Shown here: piece after piece, positions 16,375 through 16,882 of the stretch
How the letters are laid out: each line of letters starts with the position of its first letter
Numbering within the stretch: position 1 is the stretch's first letter
From: Tolypothrix carrinoi HA7290-LM1
GTDB lineage: Bacteria; Cyanobacteriota; Cyanobacteriia; Cyanobacteriales; Nostocaceae
Assembly (NCBI GenBank): GCA_019358935.1
Contig: JAHHIK010000146.1
Span: 1 to 16,882 of the forward strand
DNA length: 16,882 nucleotides
Direction of reading: 5' to 3'
Program-made: the position numbers and the translations under genes
Notes under the pieces: generated by a model
Databases searched by the model: none
Told to the model about the DNA's origin: nothing
The model's input: the letters and a program-made list of their open reading frames with translations, nothing else

Positions 16375-16757
16375 GTTACATAAGACCTCCTCAAATCTAT
16401 CCAAAGCTATGCAAGTCTGCTTAGATTTGATGCTTACTTCCTGTTTCATCCGAGAGAGTCGGCTCTTACTCGTCCACAGGCTGTTCACCGCCTAACTGAC
16501 GGCTACACACAAATTAATCGAAGCATTTAAGTCACGGTCACAAATGAAGCCACAGTGACCGCACTCAAACACTCTTTCAGATAGCGAGAGTGTTTCTTTT
16601 TTGGTTCCGCAGTTAGAGCAAGTCTTGCTGCTGGGGAACCATCTATCGACTACAACCAGTTCACTGCCGTACAGTTCACACTTGTATGTCAGCTGACGGC
16701 GAAACTCGAAAAAGGACATATCCGCAATGGCTTTAGCCAGCTTGTGGTTTGCCATCA
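16373..16757 (-). mobile_element. Right part of an IS607-type tnpB element, with the omegaRNA scaffold at about 16373-16500
   Basis: On the minus strand, the sequence after tnpB reads GCCTGTGGAC...GCCGAC...GGATGAAACAGGAAGTAA, then a TCAAATCTA/TAGATTTGA stem (16391-16430), and ends TGTAACGG. The terminal GG is consistent with IS607 serine-recombinase crossover at GG. Confidence 0.78.
16492..16757 (-). CDS. tnpB: RNA-guided endonuclease TnpB, 3' exon
   Basis: MANHKLAKAIAD..FFEFRRQLTYK, zinc finger PSSKTCSNCG...CGHCG and RuvC-III DRDLNASINL are all intact. The frame is cut at 16757 by an intron. Confidence 0.92.
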
Positions 16758-16882
16758 GTTAGAGTCGAGAGGGGATATTATTCCCCGTCCCTCTCTGTTA
16801 GAACCGTGCGTGCAACTTTTGCTGCACACGGCTCCCGATATTCTTAAGGGATAACCCTTTTACTCATGTGGGTATAATCGTG
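16758..16882 (-). mobile_element. 3' end of a group II intron (domains V and VI)
   Basis: Domain V is GAGCCGTGTGCAGCAAAAGTTGCACGCACGGTTC (16834-16801, 34 nt, AGC triad). Domain VI is the stem GAGAGGGACGGGGA...TCCCCTCTCGACTCTAAC, ending in the canonical AY (AC) at 16758. Confidence 0.93.
16844..16882 (-). CDS. Last residues of the intron-encoded RT/maturase, probably the end of an HNH domain (partial)
   Basis: The frame reads HDYTHMSKRVIP* and stops 9 nt before domain V. H-x-x-x-H fits the end of an HNH domain, but only 12 codons are visible. Confidence 0.6.
   Translation of the reverse strand, partial: HDYTHMSKRVIP

Noticed and set aside
16375..16488. N-terminal 38 aa of the 187-aa ORF 15925-16488
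   Set aside because: This is a chance translation of the IS607 right end / omegaRNA; Uma2 similarity begins only at GKHST.
1..16882. Composite transposon bounded by the two tnpB elements
   Set aside because: The two ends belong to different families (IS605-type versus IS607-type), both right ends face inward, and the enclosed genes include housekeeping uvrB.

Overview
Genomic DNA from a filamentous, probably heterocyst-forming (Nostocales-like) cyanobacterium, judged from about 11 HIP1 GCGATCGC octamers, heptamer STRR arrays and nested small dispersed repeats. The core gene set is two Uma2 nucleases, uvrB, a 19-aa-repeat protein, csbD plus two conserved hypotheticals, a PEP-CTERM / cyanoexosortase A / associated protein / HpsJ-like cluster, a hypothetical-ytxH-DUF948 cluster, a TPM-domain protein and a divergent CobH paralog. 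Both window ends are stacks of mobile elements. On the left, the right end of an IS200/IS605 tnpB element (1-124) interrupts an IS110-like recombinase gene, which also appears to carry a 141-bp in-frame insertion. On the right, a group II intron (domains V/VI and the end of its HNH-type ORF) sits inside an IS607-type tnpB, whose element in turn sits inside a third Uma2 gene. All assignments come from motif recognition by eye; no database searches were run.
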